A stretch of DNA of 64,000 bases from Alphaproteobacteria bacterium (GTDB lineage: Bacteria > Pseudomonadota > Alphaproteobacteria > UBA2966): assembly GCA_963663355.2 (NCBI GenBank), contig CAXXKS010000001.1, positions 2,707,799 through 2,771,798 of the forward strand, in the 5' to 3' direction. The notes under the pieces were generated by a model that worked only from the letters and a program-made list of their open reading frames with translations, made no database searches and was not told where the DNA came from. The position numbers and the translations under genes are program-made. Positions 45,082 through 55,593 of the stretch are shown here, piece by piece (the stretch's first letter is position 1; the number at the start of each line of letters is the position of its first letter).

Positions 45082-45674
45082 CTATCGGTATCGCCCTGGT
45101 AGTCGAGGGATACGGTGACGTCCGGTCTGTCCCCGCCCTAGTGACCAGGATCCTCCATGAACACCAAGTGTTCGACGTGACAATTTCGCGACCTCCGATT
45201 CGAAGCGGGGGTCTTGTCAGCCTGCAGCGACATGGAGAGCTGGAACGTTTCGTAGAACTCGCGCTCAGGAAACAAGGTGCCGACGGCGTGCTTGTCGTTC
45301 TGGATTGTGACGACGATTGCGCTGCCGAGGTCGCCGTGGCATTCGCGTCCCGGATCAATCCGCTGGCGCGGCGCTACGAGAGGAAAGTCGGAGTCACGTT
45401 TATGGTGCGTGAATACGAGTCCCTGATGCTCGCGGGCCTCGCGTCGATTCCGTCTATCGCGAGGGAACCAGAATCGATTCGCGGCGCCAAGGAGCGTTTG
45501 CTCGCCGCGACCGGCGGTTCCTACGGGGAAACGGTGGATCAGGAGCGATTGACGTATCAGTTGGATTTTCAATTGCTTCGTCCCCGACATCGGTCGTTTC
45601 ACCACCTCGAATCGACATTGCTCTGGCTGATCGATAGGGGAGCTCTCCGTCCGCCATACACGAGACCGGCTTGA
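45078..45674 (+). CDS. DUF4276-like TOPRIM-type protein
   Basis: VVEG.GD, VLDCD, EYES motifs; 4-bp overlap with the ATPase. Confidence 0.75.
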   Translation: MTIGIALVVEGYGDVRSVPALVTRILHEHQVFDVTISRPPIRSGGLVSLQRHGELERFVELALRKQGADGVLVVLDCDDDCAAEVAVAFASRINPLARRYERKVGVTFMVREYESLMLAGLASIPSIAREPESIRGAKERLLAATGGSYGETVDQERLTYQLDFQLLRPRHRSFHHLESTLLWLIDRGALRPPYTRPA

Positions 45675-45829
45675 ACGTGGATTTCCCGGCAGGTGTCGTG
45701 CATGGGTCCGCTCCGGCGGGTCAAGCAGCATCGGGAGCGGGGCGATCACTTCGAACGGTTCGTCAGGACCGTGCGCGATCCGGTCGCGGCTTCTATCATG
45801 CTCCCCGAACATACACAGGAGGCGCCCGC

Positions 45830-46717
45830 ATGAAATTCGGCATCTCTTTCCCGCAGGCCGAGATCGGGACGGACCGCATCGTCATCCGCGACTTCGCGCA
45901 GGCCGCCGAGGAGATGGGCTACAGCCACATCTCCGTGCCGGATCACGTGATCCAGGCCGCGACGCCGCGGGGTCCGGAGGCGATGGCGGTGCACTACACC
46001 CGGGACTTCCCCCACCACGAGCCGATGACCATGATGGCCTTCATCGCGGGCGTCACCGAGACCATCGGCATCAACCCCGCCATCGTGATCCTGCCCCAGC
46101 GCCAGACCGTGCTCGTGGCCAAGCAGGCCGCGGAGGTCGACGTGCTGTGCGGCGGGCGCCTCAGGTTCGGCGTGGGCATCGGCTGGAACGAGCTCGAATT
46201 CGAGGCGCTCGGCATGGAGTTCGGCAACCGCGGCAAGCGCGTCGAGGAGCAGGTCGAGGTGCTGCGCCTCCTGTGGACCCGGGAACTCGTCACCTTCCGC
46301 GGCAAATGGCACACGATCGACGAGGCCGGCCTCGCGCCCATGCCGATTCAGCGGCCGCCGGAAATCTGGTTCGGCGCGGTGAGCGACGCTGCGGTGCGCC
46401 GCGCCGGCCGGCTCGGCGACGGGTTCTTCATGATCGCGCGTCTCAGGCCCGACGAGGAGTCGCGGCGCGTGGTCCGGGTGTTCCGCGGCGCCGCGGAGGA
46501 CGCCGGCCGCGATCCCGACTCCCTGGGCGTCGAGTCGATGGTGTACTCCAAGCTGGGCGGACCCGACGAGTGGATCGCCGACGCCCGGGCCTGGGTCGAC
46601 CTCGGCGCCACCCAGCTCGTGTTCAGAACGACGGAGGGCGGCTACGGCTCCTTCGACGAGCATCTCGACGCCATGCGGAGGTTCGCCGACGCGATGACGG
46701 ATTTCAGCAAGGCATAG
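45830..46717 (+). CDS. LLM-class flavin-dependent oxidoreductase (F420-dependent-like)
   Basis: VPDHV, HEP, ILPQRQTVLVAKQAA, GRLRFGVGIGWN..E; RBS AGGAGG upstream. Confidence 0.88.
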   Translation: MKFGISFPQAEIGTDRIVIRDFAQAAEEMGYSHISVPDHVIQAATPRGPEAMAVHYTRDFPHHEPMTMMAFIAGVTETIGINPAIVILPQRQTVLVAKQAAEVDVLCGGRLRFGVGIGWNELEFEALGMEFGNRGKRVEEQVEVLRLLWTRELVTFRGKWHTIDEAGLAPMPIQRPPEIWFGAVSDAAVRRAGRLGDGFFMIARLRPDEESRRVVRVFRGAAEDAGRDPDSLGVESMVYSKLGGPDEWIADARAWVDLGATQLVFRTTEGGYGSFDEHLDAMRRFADAMTDFSKA

Positions 46718-47055
46718 GACGCACCGCGCCCGCGTCCGGGTAGCCCGCGAATAGACCAGTGGAAGAGCGTTTGACCGAAATGATGGACTTGCCGAGCTGG
46801 GCGACCACCGCGCTTGAAGTGCTCTACTACGCCATGTTCGAGCCGCCTTTAGTTCTTTACGCGATCATTTGTGCGGGCTGCATTGTCTTCAATGATCGTA
46901 CATCCGATCTGGGGTGCGATTCACGGTCGTAGTGCTGACGGCCCTTTCCATCCCCTTACACGGCTTGTGCTCGGCCTCATTGGCTTCAGCCTTTTGTGAT
47001 CGTTTATCAACCCTTGGTTGTAGACTTACCAAGACCGTAAACTAGGAAATCCCGT

Positions 47056-47241
47056 CTGGAAATTCCGCAATCCTGTCCCGGCGTGCCCCGCGGGATTCTC
47101 AACCCGCGCGGCACTTGGGCGGATCGGGCCGCCTATGACGCGGCGGCGGCGGACCTTCGGGACCGGTTCGGCCGCAACTTCAAGCAGTTCGAGGACGACG
47201 TGGACGACGGCGTACGGGCCGTCGCGCCGAGGGCGGCGTAG
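47056..47241 (+). pseudogene. pckA: Orphan C-terminal fragment of ATP-dependent PEP carboxykinase
   Basis: Manual translation LEIPQSCPGVPRGILNPRGTWADRAAYDAAAADLRDRFGRNFKQFEDDVDDGVRAVAPRAA* matches the PckA C-terminus; no upstream part of the gene. Confidence 0.8.
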
Positions 47242-47323
47242 CGTCCGTCCGTCGCGTGTAGGCGCCCCGGACGATCCGCGCTATAAACGCGCCGGTCGGG
47301 GAAACCAACGCGGCCGGATCGGG

Positions 47324-48829
47324 ATGGAAAGTCAATCGTCGGATCTGGCCGACCGCATCGTCGTTCGGCCCACGGGCGAAATCGCACTGAAGGCGGCCCG
47401 CGCGCGGCGGCGTTTTCAGGAGACTCTGCGGGCGAACGTCGCCGATGCCCTGCGCGCCCGGGGAATAGCCTGCCGGCTGCGGATGAGCGGGGCGCGCATC
47501 GTGCTGTCGACCGATTCGGCGGCGGCGGCGTGCGGCGTGTTGTCCAAGGTTTTCGGCATCAGCTCGTATTCCGTCGTCGAGGCGACCGCGGACTGCGATC
47601 TCGACGCGATCGTCGCGCGGGGAGAGGTCGCGTTCGCCGATGCCGTCCGGGACCGGAGCTTCGCGGTTCGGGCCCGGCGTTCGGGTCACGGCAAGGACAA
47701 GATGGGTTTCACCAGCGTCGACGTGGCCAGGCGGTTGGGGGCCGCCCTCGACCGGCACGGCCGGGTCGACCTCGATTCGCCGGACGTCGCCGTCGAGGTG
47801 GAGGTCGACCTGGCGCGGGCGGTAATGTACGCGGCTCGGATGCCCGGCCCCGGGGGACTGCCCCTCGGCGTCCAGGGCCGCGCCCTGACCCTGCTGTCCG
47901 GCGGGTTCGATTCGGCCGTGGCGGCCTGGCGGCTCATGAAACGGGGCGTGGCCACGGACTTCGTGCTCTGCAATCTCGGCGGCAGCGCCTACGAGCGCCT
48001 CGTGCTCCAGGTCGCCAAGGTGCTGACCGAGCTGTGGGCGCACGGCCAGCATCCCCGTCTGTTCGTCGTCGATTTCGCGGCGGTCGTGGAAGAGCTCCGG
48101 GAGAAGGTGCGCGAGACCTACCTGCAGGTTCTGCTGAAGCGGCAGATGTACGGCGTCGCCGAACGCATCGCCGTCGAGGAGGGGCTCGAGGCCATCGCCA
48201 CCGGCGAATCGATCGGCCAGGTGTCGTCGCAGACGCTGAAGAACCTGGCCAGCATCGACGGCACCGTTGCCCTGCCCGTCGTCCGCCCCCTGGTCACGTG
48301 CGACAAGCGGGAGATCGTGGCCGAGGCCGAGCGTATCGGGACGGCACCCCTCTCGGCGCGCGTGCGGGAATATTGCGCGCTGACCGGCGCGCGGCCCGTC
48401 ACGGCGACGTCCGCCGAGCGGGTGGCCGGCGAGGCGGGGAAGCTGGACCCGGCGATCCTCGACGCAGCGGCTGCGGGCCGGCGGGCGTTCGATCTCAGGA
48501 AGCTGGACGCCGCGGACTTGCGGACGCCCTATCTGTTCACCGAGGAGATTCCGGACGGCGCGGTTCTGGTCGACTGTCAGCCGCGCCGCATGTTCGAGGC
48601 CTGGCACGCCCCGGACGCGGTGCATCTCGACCCCGCGTCGTTCGCCGACGGCCTGCGGACCCTGAACAAGGAGACGCCGTACGTCGTCTATTGCACCTAT
48701 GGCGCCCAGGCGCCCCATTTCGTCGAGATCATGCAGCAGGCGGGATACGAGGCCTACGCCTTTCACGGCGGATTGAGTGCCGTGAAGAAGGCGTGCGAAG
48801 CGCCCCACGGCGGTTCGCACCCGGCTTGA
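47324..48829 (+). CDS. thiI: tRNA 4-thiouridine synthase (THUMP + PP-loop + rhodanese)
   Basis: PGGLP.G.QG, LLSGGFDS, TGESIGQVSSQT, RPL...DK, EYC, C-terminal rhodanese VYC..G. Confidence 0.92.
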   Translation: MESQSSDLADRIVVRPTGEIALKAARARRRFQETLRANVADALRARGIACRLRMSGARIVLSTDSAAAACGVLSKVFGISSYSVVEATADCDLDAIVARGEVAFADAVRDRSFAVRARRSGHGKDKMGFTSVDVARRLGAALDRHGRVDLDSPDVAVEVEVDLARAVMYAARMPGPGGLPLGVQGRALTLLSGGFDSAVAAWRLMKRGVATDFVLCNLGGSAYERLVLQVAKVLTELWAHGQHPRLFVVDFAAVVEELREKVRETYLQVLLKRQMYGVAERIAVEEGLEAIATGESIGQVSSQTLKNLASIDGTVALPVVRPLVTCDKREIVAEAERIGTAPLSARVREYCALTGARPVTATSAERVAGEAGKLDPAILDAAAAGRRAFDLRKLDAADLRTPYLFTEEIPDGAVLVDCQPRRMFEAWHAPDAVHLDPASFADGLRTLNKETPYVVYCTYGAQAPHFVEIMQQAGYEAYAFHGGLSAVKKACEAPHGGSHPA

Positions 48830-48852
48830 GCTGTCACGGTTCCGCGTCGCCG

Positions 48853-49602
48853 CTATCCGCGGCCGATGAAGGGGATGTTCGTCGCCATGATCGTCATGAA
48901 CTGGATGTTGGCGGTGAGCGGGAGTTCGGCCATGGAGACCACGGCGTCGGCCGCATGGGCCACGTCCATCGTGTCCTCCGGCCTGATGCCGCCGTCGGCC
49001 TGCGGCACGCCCTTCGCCATCCTCTCCGTCAACGGGGTCAGCGCGTTGCCGATGTCGATCTGGCCGCAGGCTATGTTGTAGGCTCGGCCGTCCAGGGAGA
49101 TCGACTTGGTCAACCCCGTCACCGCGTGCTTCGACGACGTGTAGGGCGCCGACCCGGGGCGGGGCGCGTGCGCCGAGATCGAGCCGTTGTTGATGATGCG
49201 GCCGCCCCGGGGGTCCTGGCGGCGCATGAGCTCGAACGCGTTCCGGGCGCAGAGAAAGACCCCGGTCAGGTTCACGTCGAGAACCCGCTTCCACTGCTCG
49301 TGGGACAGGTCGCCGAAGTTGGTCGGCGGCGCGTTGGCGCCGGCGTTGTTGAACAGCACGTCGAGCCGGCCGTAGGCGCGTTCGATCTCCCCGAACATGG
49401 TCGCGACGGCATGCGGATCGGAGACGTCGCAGCGGATGGGCCTGATGCCGCCGCGTCCGGAGCCCGCGAGGGCCGCGGTTTCCTCGAGCGCGTCTTCCCT
49501 TCGGCCGCAAATGGCGACGCCGTAGCCGGCCCTCAGCAGCGCCAGCGCCGCGTGGCGGCCGATTCCCGAGCCGCCGCCCGTGACCAGAGCCGTCTTCGCC
49601 AT
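48853..49602 (-). CDS. SDR oxidoreductase
   Basis: [31 protein letters not shown]. Confidence 0.9.
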   Translation of the reverse strand: MAKTALVTGGGSGIGRHAALALLRAGYGVAICGRREDALEETAALAGSGRGGIRPIRCDVSDPHAVATMFGEIERAYGRLDVLFNNAGANAPPTNFGDLSHEQWKRVLDVNLTGVFLCARNAFELMRRQDPRGGRIINNGSISAHAPRPGSAPYTSSKHAVTGLTKSISLDGRAYNIACGQIDIGNALTPLTERMAKGVPQADGGIRPEDTMDVAHAADAVVSMAELPLTANIQFMTIMATNIPFIGRG

Positions 49603-49797
49603 GCCGAATCCTCCGCCTGGAACGCAGTCGCGCGGGAGCGGCGGCCTCGTCCCGGCGCGCCTCCCGGACGGCAACGTATATCGGAGCGGAGAAGATCGCC
49701 ACCGCGCCGGCCGGGCCGGACACCGTGCCGCGCAGCCCGGTCCGATGTGGTAGGTTGAAACGTCCGGTCCGAGCCGCTCTCGATCCGGAGGCGCGGG

Positions 49798-50940
49798 ATG
49801 AGCGAGATCGATGTCCGCCGCGTGGACTGTTACGTCTTCCGTGCGCCGGCCGAGGTGCCGGTGGTCGCCGCGTTCGGGACGTCCCGGGACCGCCCCGTCG
49901 TTCTCGTCCGCCTCGAGGACCGGGACGGCGCCTTCGGCTGGGGCGAGGTCTGGTGCAATTTTCCCAACAGCGGCGCCGAGCATCGCGCCCGCTGGATCGA
50001 GACGCTCCTCGCGCCCCGGATCGTCGGCCGGTCCTTCGGGTCGCCGGAGGAGGCATTCGACGCGCTGACGGCCGATACCCACGTCTGGACGCTCCAGTCC
50101 GGCGAACCGGGCACCGTCTCGCAGTGCCTGGGGGGGCTCGACATCGCGCTGTGGGACCTGGTCTCCCGGCGGCGGGGCACACCTCTGCGCCGCCTGTTGT
50201 CGCCCTCCGCCCTGCAGGCGGTTCCCGCCTACGCCAGCGGGATCAACCCGGACGGCGCGCTCGACACGGTGGAGCGCGCCCGCGACGCGGGATTTCGGAA
50301 CTTCAAGCTCAAGATCGGGTTCGGCGAGGACAAGGACCTCCGCAACATGAGGGAGATCGCCGGGAGGCTTTCCGACGGCGAGGGTTTCATGGTCGACGCC
50401 AATCAGGCCTGGGATCTGGCGGGGGCCACCGGCATGGCGGGCCGGATGGCGGGGTTGCCTCTGACGTGGCTGGAAGAGCCGCTGCCCGCGGACCGGCCGG
50501 CGCGGGAATGGCGGACCCTGCGCGAGGCCTCGGAGATCCCGTTGGCCGGCGGCGAGAACCTCCGGGGGGAAGCGGCCTACCGGGATCTCGTCGAGGCGGG
50601 CTGGTGCCGCTTCGTGCAGCCGGACGCCTGCAAATGGGGCGGGATCACCGGTTGCTGGCGCGTCGCGCGGATGATCGCCGACGCGGGCCTGACCTACTGC
50701 CCCCATTTTCTGGCGGGCGGTGTCGGCCTCGTGGCTTCGGCGCACCTGCTGGCGGCGGCGGCCGGGGACGGACTGCTCGAGGTGGACTTCAACGCCAATC
50801 CGCTGCGGGAGGGACTGGCCGCGCCTTATCCGGAGCTCGTCGACGGCGCGTTCGTCCTCGGCGAAGCCTCGGGGCTCGGCGTCGCCCCGGATCTGGCCGC
50901 GGTTCGCCACATGCAGGTGATGCACGTGGAGATCGCATAG
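49798..50940 (+). CDS. Mandelate racemase/muconate lactonizing enzyme family protein
   Basis: KLKIG, MVDANQ, WLEEP, AGGEN, QPD, PH motifs. Confidence 0.9.
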   Translation: MSEIDVRRVDCYVFRAPAEVPVVAAFGTSRDRPVVLVRLEDRDGAFGWGEVWCNFPNSGAEHRARWIETLLAPRIVGRSFGSPEEAFDALTADTHVWTLQSGEPGTVSQCLGGLDIALWDLVSRRRGTPLRRLLSPSALQAVPAYASGINPDGALDTVERARDAGFRNFKLKIGFGEDKDLRNMREIAGRLSDGEGFMVDANQAWDLAGATGMAGRMAGLPLTWLEEPLPADRPAREWRTLREASEIPLAGGENLRGEAAYRDLVEAGWCRFVQPDACKWGGITGCWRVARMIADAGLTYCPHFLAGGVGLVASAHLLAAAAGDGLLEVDFNANPLREGLAAPYPELVDGAFVLGEASGLGVAPDLAAVRHMQVMHVEIA

Positions 50941-50949
50941 GCCGCGCGC

Positions 50950-51501
50950 TCAGTCCGGCAGAGGCGGCGGCGCGCCGTCGGGGACGGGGACGTCGAAGCC
51001 GTTCAGGGTCAACGCCACGAGGATGTAGTAGCCCACGATACCCACCAGCTCGACGACGCCCCGCTCGCCGAGCAGCGCAAGCGCGCCGGCGTAGGCGTCG
51101 TCCGACAGGCGGTGGGTTTCCAGCAGGTCCGTGACCGCCGCGTGGACCGCGCGTTCGTCCTCATGGACGAACTCGGGAGGCCGGTTCTTCCTGATGGCGT
51201 CGATGACGCCGTCCGCGACGCCGGCGTCCCGGGCGATCGGTTCGTGCAGGTGCCACTCCACCTGGCAGGTCGCGTGGCGCGCGACGGTCAGGATGGCGAG
51301 TTCGGAGAGGCGCGGCGGCAGCGACGAGCCGAAGCGGCAGAAGGCGCCCAGCTTCTGGGCGCGGCCACACAGGTCGGGACTCCGCAGCCAGGCGTGGAAA
51401 GGACCCTGAACCCTTCCGCGCGGGCCGTCGACGATGTCGTCGTAGACTCGGCGCTGCTCCGGAGACATGGCATCGGGATCGAGTTCCGGAAGGCGGCTCA
51501 T
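50950..51501 (-). CDS. Carboxymuconolactone decarboxylase-family protein
   Basis: GPRG...GPF..WL.SP, ELAIL, EW..H...A, E.GVVEL....GYY. Confidence 0.85.
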   Translation of the reverse strand: MSRLPELDPDAMSPEQRRVYDDIVDGPRGRVQGPFHAWLRSPDLCGRAQKLGAFCRFGSSLPPRLSELAILTVARHATCQVEWHLHEPIARDAGVADGVIDAIRKNRPPEFVHEDERAVHAAVTDLLETHRLSDDAYAGALALLGERGVVELVGIVGYYILVALTLNGFDVPVPDGAPPPLPD

Positions 51502-51521
51502 CGCGGTCTCCGGCCGGCGGA

Positions 51522-52475
51522 TCAGGGGTTCAGAACGCGGATCGGGCTCCCGGCCAGCCACGCTTCGACGTTCTCCACGATCTCGCCGTAGAACAGCCGA
51601 TAGCTGTTCCCGGTGACGTAGCCGATGTGCGGCGTGAGCACCACGTTGGGCAGGGTGCGGTAGGGATGGTCCGCTGGCAGCGGCTCGACGTCGTACACGT
51701 CGAGGCCCGCTCCGGCGATGACGCCACGCCGGAGGGCGTCGATCAGGTCCGGTTCCCGGACGATCGGTCCCCGGGAAGTGTTGACGAGGTAGGCGCTCTC
51801 CTTCATGCGGGCGAGCTCTTCGGCACCGATCAGGCCGCGCGTGCGCTCGCTCGACACCATGTGGATGGTGACGAAGTCGGACCGGGCCAGGAGCTCGGCC
51901 TTGCCGACCCGCACGGCGCCGCATTCGCGGGCCCGCTCGTCGGTCAGGTTCCGGCTCCAGGCGACGACCGGCATTCCGAACGCGGCCGCCACCCGCGCGA
52001 CGCGGGAACCGAGCCTGCCGAGACCCAGGATGCCGAGGGTCGCGCCCGCGAGGTCCGCGCCCACGGTGGTCTGCCAGCGTCCGCCGCGCATGTTGGCGAA
52101 CTCGAGCGGAATGCGCCGGGCCAGCGCGAGGATCAGGGCCCAGGTCAGCTCGGGCGTGCCGGTCGCCAGGGACGCCGTGTGACATACCGTGATCCCGTGC
52201 TCCCTGGCCGCGGCCACGTCGATGGAGGCGTTTCGCGGCCCGGTCGTGATCAGCAGCTTCAGATCCGGCAATTCGGCGAGGAGGGCGCGGGAAAAGGGGG
52301 TGCGCTCCCGCATGGCGCAGACGATGTCGAATCCCTTCAGGCGCGCGGCGAGCGCCTCCGTCCCGGAGAGGTGGTCGTTGAACACCACGACGTCCGCCCG
52401 CGCGGACACCCGGCTCCAGTCGGCCATGTCGAGGGCGACGCCCTGGTAGTCGTCGAGAACGGCTATGCGCGACAT
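51522..52475 (-). CDS. D-2-hydroxyacid dehydrogenase
   Basis: LDDYQ, MRERT, GLGRLG, NTSRG, LDVYD.EP, TPHIGY. Confidence 0.92.
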   Translation of the reverse strand: MSRIAVLDDYQGVALDMADWSRVSARADVVVFNDHLSGTEALAARLKGFDIVCAMRERTPFSRALLAELPDLKLLITTGPRNASIDVAAAREHGITVCHTASLATGTPELTWALILALARRIPLEFANMRGGRWQTTVGADLAGATLGILGLGRLGSRVARVAAAFGMPVVAWSRNLTDERARECGAVRVGKAELLARSDFVTIHMVSSERTRGLIGAEELARMKESAYLVNTSRGPIVREPDLIDALRRGVIAGAGLDVYDVEPLPADHPYRTLPNVVLTPHIGYVTGNSYRLFYGEIVENVEAWLAGSPIRVLNP

Positions 52476-52578
52476 CCGTCGTCCCTTCCGCGCGTCGGGG
52501 TTTCGCCGTGCCCGCGAAGCGTAGCCGGGCCGGGTCCCGCGCCACAAGCCGGGGCGAATTCCGGTCGAGCCGGAACCG

Positions 52579-53466
52579 CTAGAAGGCGCGCCGGCCGGGC
52601 AGCCGGCGCTCCGAGATGGTCGGCAGAAGCGTGCCGAAGACGACGACGGCGATGGCCGTCCAGTCCAGCAACGTGACTTCCGTCCCCAGGTAGAGCCAGG
52701 ACATCAGCGCCCCGAGCGGGCCGATCAACGTCAAAAGCAGGCTGACCACGCCGACCGTCATGAAGCGCAGCGCGTAGTTGTAGAGGAAAAATGGCCCCGT
52801 GCTGCCGATGACGCCGAGGTAAACGAGCGTCAGGGCGACCTCCAGGTCCACGTCCACGAAGGGGCGCGCCGGGCGCTCCACGGCGATCATCACGAACAGC
52901 CCGACCAGCACCGCCATCGTGAGCTGAATGGCGGTGACGGCCATGGCGCGGCCGTGAACCTGGGCGACTCGCCGCGCGATCAGCTGCGCGCCGCAAATGA
53001 TCAGAACGGCGGTCGCCAGGAACGCGTCGCCGAGCAGCGAGCCCCCGCCGTGATCCTCCTGTCCGTGGACGAGCAGGATCGCGCCGGCGAAGGCGACCAC
53101 GGCTCCCGCGATGACGCTGTTCCGGACCGGTTCCCGAAGCACGAGCCAGCCCAGCAGCGGCATCAGGATGGGCTGCGTGCTGAGGAGAACCACGCCGCTG
53201 ACGGCGCTGCTCAGCGTCAGGCCCCAGACCATGAAGATCGCCGCGATACCGGGGTCCAGAATGCCCAGCAGCACGGGTCCCCAGCCGATTTCCTTCAGTC
53301 GGCGGCCCTGTCCCGCCAGCAGGACGACTGACCACATCGTCAGGGCCCCGATGACGAAACGCCCCACCGTGATTTCCGATATCACGAGGTCGTCGACGAT
53401 GGATTTGTTCGCGATCATCGTCGACGCCCAGAAGGCCGACGCCAGTATCAAGGCGGAGACGGGCAT
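52579..53466 (-). CDS. DMT/EamA-family transporter
   Basis: About 10 hydrophobic segments in two EamA-like repeats. Confidence 0.8.
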   Translation of the reverse strand: MPVSALILASAFWASTMIANKSIVDDLVISEITVGRFVIGALTMWSVVLLAGQGRRLKEIGWGPVLLGILDPGIAAIFMVWGLTLSSAVSGVVLLSTQPILMPLLGWLVLREPVRNSVIAGAVVAFAGAILLVHGQEDHGGGSLLGDAFLATAVLIICGAQLIARRVAQVHGRAMAVTAIQLTMAVLVGLFVMIAVERPARPFVDVDLEVALTLVYLGVIGSTGPFFLYNYALRFMTVGVVSLLLTLIGPLGALMSWLYLGTEVTLLDWTAIAVVVFGTLLPTISERRLPGRRAF

Positions 53467-53634
53467 GGAGTCGGTCCGCGGGAGAGTCGGGAGCCGCCGT
53501 CACGGCGACGGTCCCGGGACACTACATCGAATTCCTCGCCGAACCCAGGCGCGGTTCGTTGCGGGCGCGAGGGCAATTGCCTAAAAAACGCGGACGGGCG
53601 ACGTCCCGAAGGGCCGGCCGCTCCGGAAAGACAC

Positions 53635-55317
53635 ATGGCCTCCTATCGATACGTCTACACGATGAACGGCCTCGCGAAGTCCTATCCGGGCGGGCGCGAG
53701 GTCCTCAAGGACATCCGGCTGTCGTTTCTCCCCGGCGCCAAGATCGGCGTCCTCGGATACAACGGCGCCGGAAAATCGACCCTGCTGCGCATCATGGCCG
53801 GAGTCGAGACCGAGTTCGCCGGCGAAGCCTGGCCCGCGGACGGCGCGACGGTGGGGTACCTGTCTCAGGAACCGGAACTCGACGCGACGAGGGACGTGCT
53901 CGGCAACGTCATGGACGGCGTGGCGCGGACCCGGGCGCTGCTCGACCGCTTCGAGGAGGTCAGCGCGCGATTCGCCGAGCCCCTCGACGACGACGAGATG
54001 CAGGCCCTGATCGAGGAACAGGGCGCGTTGCAAGAGCGAATCGACGCCGCGGATGCCTGGGAGCTCGACCGCCGCATCGAAATCGCCATGGATGCGCTCC
54101 GCTGTCCGCCCGGCGCCGCCGACGTCTCCACGCTCTCCGGCGGCGAGCGGCGGCGGGTGGCGCTATGCCGTCTCCTGCTGTCGCGCCCCGACCTGCTGCT
54201 TCTGGACGAGCCGACGAATCATCTGGACGCGGAGTCAGTGGCCTGGCTCGAACGCTTTCTCCACGACTATACCGGCACGGTCGTCGCCGTCACCCATGAC
54301 CGCTACTTCCTCGACAACGTCGCCGGCTGGATCCTCGAACTGGATCGAGGCCGCGGTCTGCCCTTCAAGGGCAACTACTCGTCATGGCTCGAGCAGAAGC
54401 ACGCGCGCCTGGAGCAGGAGGGCAGGCAGGAGGAGGCGCGCCGGCGCGTGCTCGCGCGCGAGCTCGAGTGGATCCGCGCGGCGCCCCGGGCGCGCCGGGC
54501 GAAGAGCAAGGCGCGAATCGGCGCCTACGAAGCCCTGCTTTCCCAGGATTTCGAGACGTCCCGCGAAAAGGCCCGGATCATGATTCCCGCCGGCCCCCGT
54601 CTCGGCGACCTCGTCCTGGATGCCGAAGGCGTCTCCAAGGGTTTCGGCGACCGCCTGTTGATCGACGATCTTTCCTTTCGCGTTCCCCCCGGCGCCATCG
54701 CGGGAGTCGTCGGCCCCAACGGAGCCGGAAAGACCACCTTGTTCCGCATGATCACCGGCGACGAAACCGCGGATTCCGGGACTCTGCGCCTGGGCGATTC
54801 GGTGGTCCTGGGTTACGTCGATCAGTCCCGCGACGTGCTCGACCCCCGGCGCACGGTGTGGGAGGAGATATCCGGCGGGCTCGACGAACTCGAGCTCGGA
54901 AAACGGAGAATGGCGAGCCGCGCCTATGTCGGCGCCTTCAATTTCCGCGGCGCCGAGCAGCAGAAGAAGGTGGGCCAGCTCTCGGGCGGCGAACGCAACC
55001 GGGTCCATCTCGCGAGAATCCTGAAGTCGGGAGCGAACTTCATTCTCCTGGACGAACCGACCAACGATCTCGACGTCGATACGTTGCGGGCCCTGGAGGA
55101 AGCCCTCCTGGAGTTCGCCGGCTGCGTCATGGTGATCAGCCACGACCGCTGGTTCCTGGATCGGACGGCCACCCACATCCTGGCGTTCGAGGGCGACAGC
55201 CACGTGGAATGGTTCGAGGGCAACTACGAGGCTTACGAGGAAGACCGCCGCCGCCGGCTCGGCGACGAGGCCGAGCGGCCGCACCGCATCAGGTACAAGC
55301 CCCTGCACCGGAGATAG
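53635..55317 (+). CDS. ettA: Energy-dependent translational throttle protein (ABC-F)
   Basis: [10 protein letters not shown], two ABC cassettes, [24 protein letters not shown]. Confidence 0.95.
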   Translation: MASYRYVYTMNGLAKSYPGGREVLKDIRLSFLPGAKIGVLGYNGAGKSTLLRIMAGVETEFAGEAWPADGATVGYLSQEPELDATRDVLGNVMDGVARTRALLDRFEEVSARFAEPLDDDEMQALIEEQGALQERIDAADAWELDRRIEIAMDALRCPPGAADVSTLSGGERRRVALCRLLLSRPDLLLLDEPTNHLDAESVAWLERFLHDYTGTVVAVTHDRYFLDNVAGWILELDRGRGLPFKGNYSSWLEQKHARLEQEGRQEEARRRVLARELEWIRAAPRARRAKSKARIGAYEALLSQDFETSREKARIMIPAGPRLGDLVLDAEGVSKGFGDRLLIDDLSFRVPPGAIAGVVGPNGAGKTTLFRMITGDETADSGTLRLGDSVVLGYVDQSRDVLDPRRTVWEEISGGLDELELGKRRMASRAYVGAFNFRGAEQQKKVGQLSGGERNRVHLARILKSGANFILLDEPTNDLDVDTLRALEEALLEFAGCVMVISHDRWFLDRTATHILAFEGDSHVEWFEGNYEAYEEDRRRRLGDEAERPHRIRYKPLHRR

Positions 55318-55347
55318 GACGCGTCCCAACCAGTCGGCGGCGGGAAC

Positions 55348-55578
55348 GAATTCGTACAGTTCGCACGACATCGGAGGGGATGGATATAGAAATATTTATA
55401 CTATAAATCAATATGTTACAGGAAGTTCCATGGATACGAGCCTCCGGCCCGCACATGCGCACGGGATGCCCACGCACCGGGGCGCCCCCCGACTCCGTGC
55501 GAACTGTGCGAATTCACCCGATGGCGCATGGCTCGGGCTCATTTGCGAGCCTCGATTCGACTCGATCTTCCGAAACCC
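55348..55578 (-). repeat. Dispersed MITE-like element, copy 2 (inverted)
   Basis: Core 55348-55515 bounded by GAATTCGTACAGTTCGCAC / GTGCGAACTGTGCGAATTC; contains AATCAATATGTTA (IHF consensus). Confidence 0.8.
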
Positions 55579-55593
55579 CGGGTGCGCGGTACT

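Noticed and set aside
46780-46932. Short hydrophobic ORF (MMDLPSWATTALEVLYY...)
   Set aside because: About 50 codons, no clear RBS or family motif, within a low-GC scar; cannot be supported as a gene.
43495-47300. Intact prophage or integrative element at the tRNA
   Set aside because: No integrase, no phage genes and no duplicated tRNA 3' end found by eye.
47180-50182. Very long ORFs antisense or off-frame to real genes (1000 aa here; also 21799-24297, 33744-36572, 59733-62543 and others)
   Set aside because: Arg/Pro/Gly-rich shadow frames expected in high-GC DNA; they overlap well-supported genes and carry no family motifs.
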